Origin: the human T2T-CHM13v2.0 reference genome, Homo sapiens
Reading direction: 5' to 3' (one strand)
DNA length: 64,000 nucleotides
Assembly: GCF_009914755.1 (NCBI RefSeq)
Contig: NC_060927.1
The notes beneath the pieces were generated by a model, which searched no databases, was not told the origin of the DNA, and saw nothing but the letters and a program-made list of their open reading frames with translations. Of the stretch, positions 61,491 through 64,000 are shown piece after piece (position 1 is the stretch's first letter; every line of letters begins with the position of its first letter). Made by a program: the position numbers and the translations under genes.

Positions 61491-64000
61491 TAACATTCTT
61501 GCCAATATTCTAAACTCTCTTGCCTCTTTGTCTCTTCATTGTGCTCATGTGGCAAAATCCAGTGCTGAGTAAATCCAGCCATTTGTTTTTTCTAAGGCTG
61601 TGACTGGTGAACTCACTTCTATCCCAAAACACAGGGTAGAATGTTTCATTATAAATTATGACTCCAACTTCAAAAAGGATCCTCAATACTGCTTACCATT
61701 CTACCACATTTTCCTGATAAACTGATAGTCTTCTATTTCCCTGAATAACTATTTTCAAACCTCCTTCACTCTACTTCAACTTATGACCAACCTTCCTTTT
61801 CCTCCAGCCATCCTCAATAGCTAAACTCAGCATCTGCTTTACAAGGAAAATATAATCAAATGAGAGCTCCTCAGCTTTCCCCATGCCAAACACACAAACC
61901 AACTTATATTTGCTTCCCATACTGTTAAAACAGAGGAGCTATCTCATATCCTATTTAAGAATCCATCTCCTTCCATCTTAGAATTTATTGTTTTCTCTCT
62001 GCTCCTTCTCATTGTTTTTACACACAATTAAAACTCTCTGAATAAACCAAAAACCAGCTCTACTCAATCCTATATCCTTCTTTAGCTATCTCTTACTGGT
62101 GATTTTCATCAGAAAAAAAATTTGTTACACAGGTATACAGAAATTTATTAGGTACATCATATGTGCTTAGAGGGTTTCTCAAAATAAAACTACATGATTT
62201 GGTACTTATGGAAATATTTCATGTATATGTTTATAGGAAAAGAATATACTCAACTTAGTAGAACATATCTTAGTTAAGATACATGGAGATATGAGATAAG
62301 TAATAGGTTCTACATTCTTCCTGCAAAAGTCATAGAGCTAAGAATGCTCTGCATAAGGATAACTCCTATTGTTAGAGCCATGGAATCCTCACCTCATGCT
62401 ACTAACATTCTAATGTGCAAAAATCACAAATAAGTAAACCCTCAGGGGCAGAGCAACAGTAATCTTGTGAATTTCACCTTGGAAGACAGAAGAGCTAGGG
62501 AGGCATGAAAGGAAGGGACAAAAAGTGAGATGGTATCAGGGGGGAATATGGTAGCAAAGAAAAGCAGTCTAAGAAAATGGTGACCAGAATAAAATAAACC
62601 TAAGTGCTCATGAATCCACATAGCCTTGTCTACCCAACTTGGTCGACAAGGTTAAACAGGACAGCCTGAATTGGCAGGCACTAGAAACTATTCTCGAGTG
62701 AACGAGTATACATTGTTATCATCTCCAGCAGTCTTCTGCATTGACGACTCTCTCTGTCCTTTGCTGCCCTCATAGAAGTTCAAGCTCATTCAGAAGGGGA
62801 ACAACAGATAAGAGGTCAAGATCTCTTGGTCTCTCTCTCACAGCTGAACTTTTTGAACAAGTTGTCAATTTCTACTGTGTCTCCACTTCTGCAACTCTCA
62901 ATCATTCCTTTACCCACTCTAGTTTGGCTTTCAGCTCCATGGCTCAATCAATACAGCTCTTGCTAAATCTCTTCAAAATATACGGTGTGGTTTATTACCT
63001 TGTTCTTGAAATAATCTTTTCCTTTGGTTTACATGATATAACCCTCTTCTAGCTGTCCTCCTACTTCTGAGGTTGCCACTTTCTTTTTTCTTTGTTGCCA
63101 AATCTTCCTCAATACACACTGCTTTTCCTCCTGCCACAGGGCTTTTCATGTAAGTCTTCCCTCATCATGAAACACTTCCTTTTCATTCCTTGCCTAACTC
63201 CCAGTCAGCATTCAGATATCGATTTAATCAATACTTCCTTGGGAAACTGTCCCTGACTATGACAAATTCCTCCCTAGCTAAGTCAAATGGTCTCAGAGCA
63301 CTACTCCTTCAAGTGCAATTACCATAGTTGTCTCCCATCCAGCAGCTGTAAATATCATAAGTGTAGGAACTGTGTGTTTTTACTCATTATTATTCATTAC
63401 GTGTTTTTATTCATTACAATGCATACTACTGTATCTATTATGGCAGGTATCAATACATTGATATTCACATATCAATGTTACATATATAAACAAATGACTA
63501 AACACTTTACCCGAAGTACTTTGAATGATTTTTTTTTCCAATTAAAGGAGTCTTGACTAAAATATTATCTATTCATTCAAACAATAACTCAGTAACTGAG
63601 TGCCTAGGCACTAACCAATAAATTGGAATAAAGAAGTAACAAAAACAGATATGCTCTCTACTCTTATGGTGCATACTATCTAAAGAAAGAGTTATTAAAT
63701 TAATCATACAAGTAAGTTTATTATGGTTTTATTTATATGCTACAAAAGACAACTTAGAATGATATAAACTATGATGGGGTATCTAATTTACACTGTTGGG
63801 AGGCAAAAATATGCTCTACCTCTCGAGAGCTATGTTTATCTCCTTTGGTGTTGGATGGTTTTTCATGGTCTTTGAACGTTTTCCCGGTTTATTCATCTTT
63901 GAATAAGGATATTGTGGCCTGGTATTAGCCCCAAAATTAGAAGGAGTATCCCTGAATTCTCCGAAAGCTTATCCATGGATAGGAAGGCTGATGGTATACA

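Noticed and set aside
63820-63980. Cluster of XhoI, EcoRI, HindIII and NcoI sites suggesting a vector polylinker
   Set aside because: The sites are dispersed in non-vector sequence and no plasmid elements are present.

Overview
Primate (very probably human) genomic DNA. The whole 64 kb lies inside one minus-strand, intron-rich gene, XRN1 (cytoplasmic 5'->3' exoribonuclease 1). I reconstructed 15 consecutive coding exons by hand (51971 down to 249; 1723 nt = 1 nt + 574 codons). All have AG/GT boundaries and matching phases, and they translate to YLRRKGIII...HLSPQSFAM, which matches human XRN1 as I recall it (about residues 781-1354). The gene start and end are outside the window. The introns are mostly old repeats (L1, Alu, L2, MIR, MaLR LTRs, nested Tigger elements) plus one young L1PA2-like insertion with a 16-bp TSD, a U6 fragment and a 5S rRNA fragment. 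Almost all ORFs in the supplied track are repeat-derived noise. I found no convincing novel gene system. The most unusual items are: (1) an A-B'-A' rearrangement in which a 1.1-kb copy of intron sequence from 5.3 kb away sits between two copies of a ~290-bp block, leaving direct repeats around two exons; (2) a 5S rRNA fragment inside an Alu 3' end with microhomology at both junctions; (3) several smaller locally copied patches; (4) a candidate poison exon at 43948/43983-44081; and (5) candidate splicing-control sites (a UG repeat at one acceptor, a QKI-type motif over one donor). Repeat subfamily names come from remembered consensus sequences and their boundaries are approximate.
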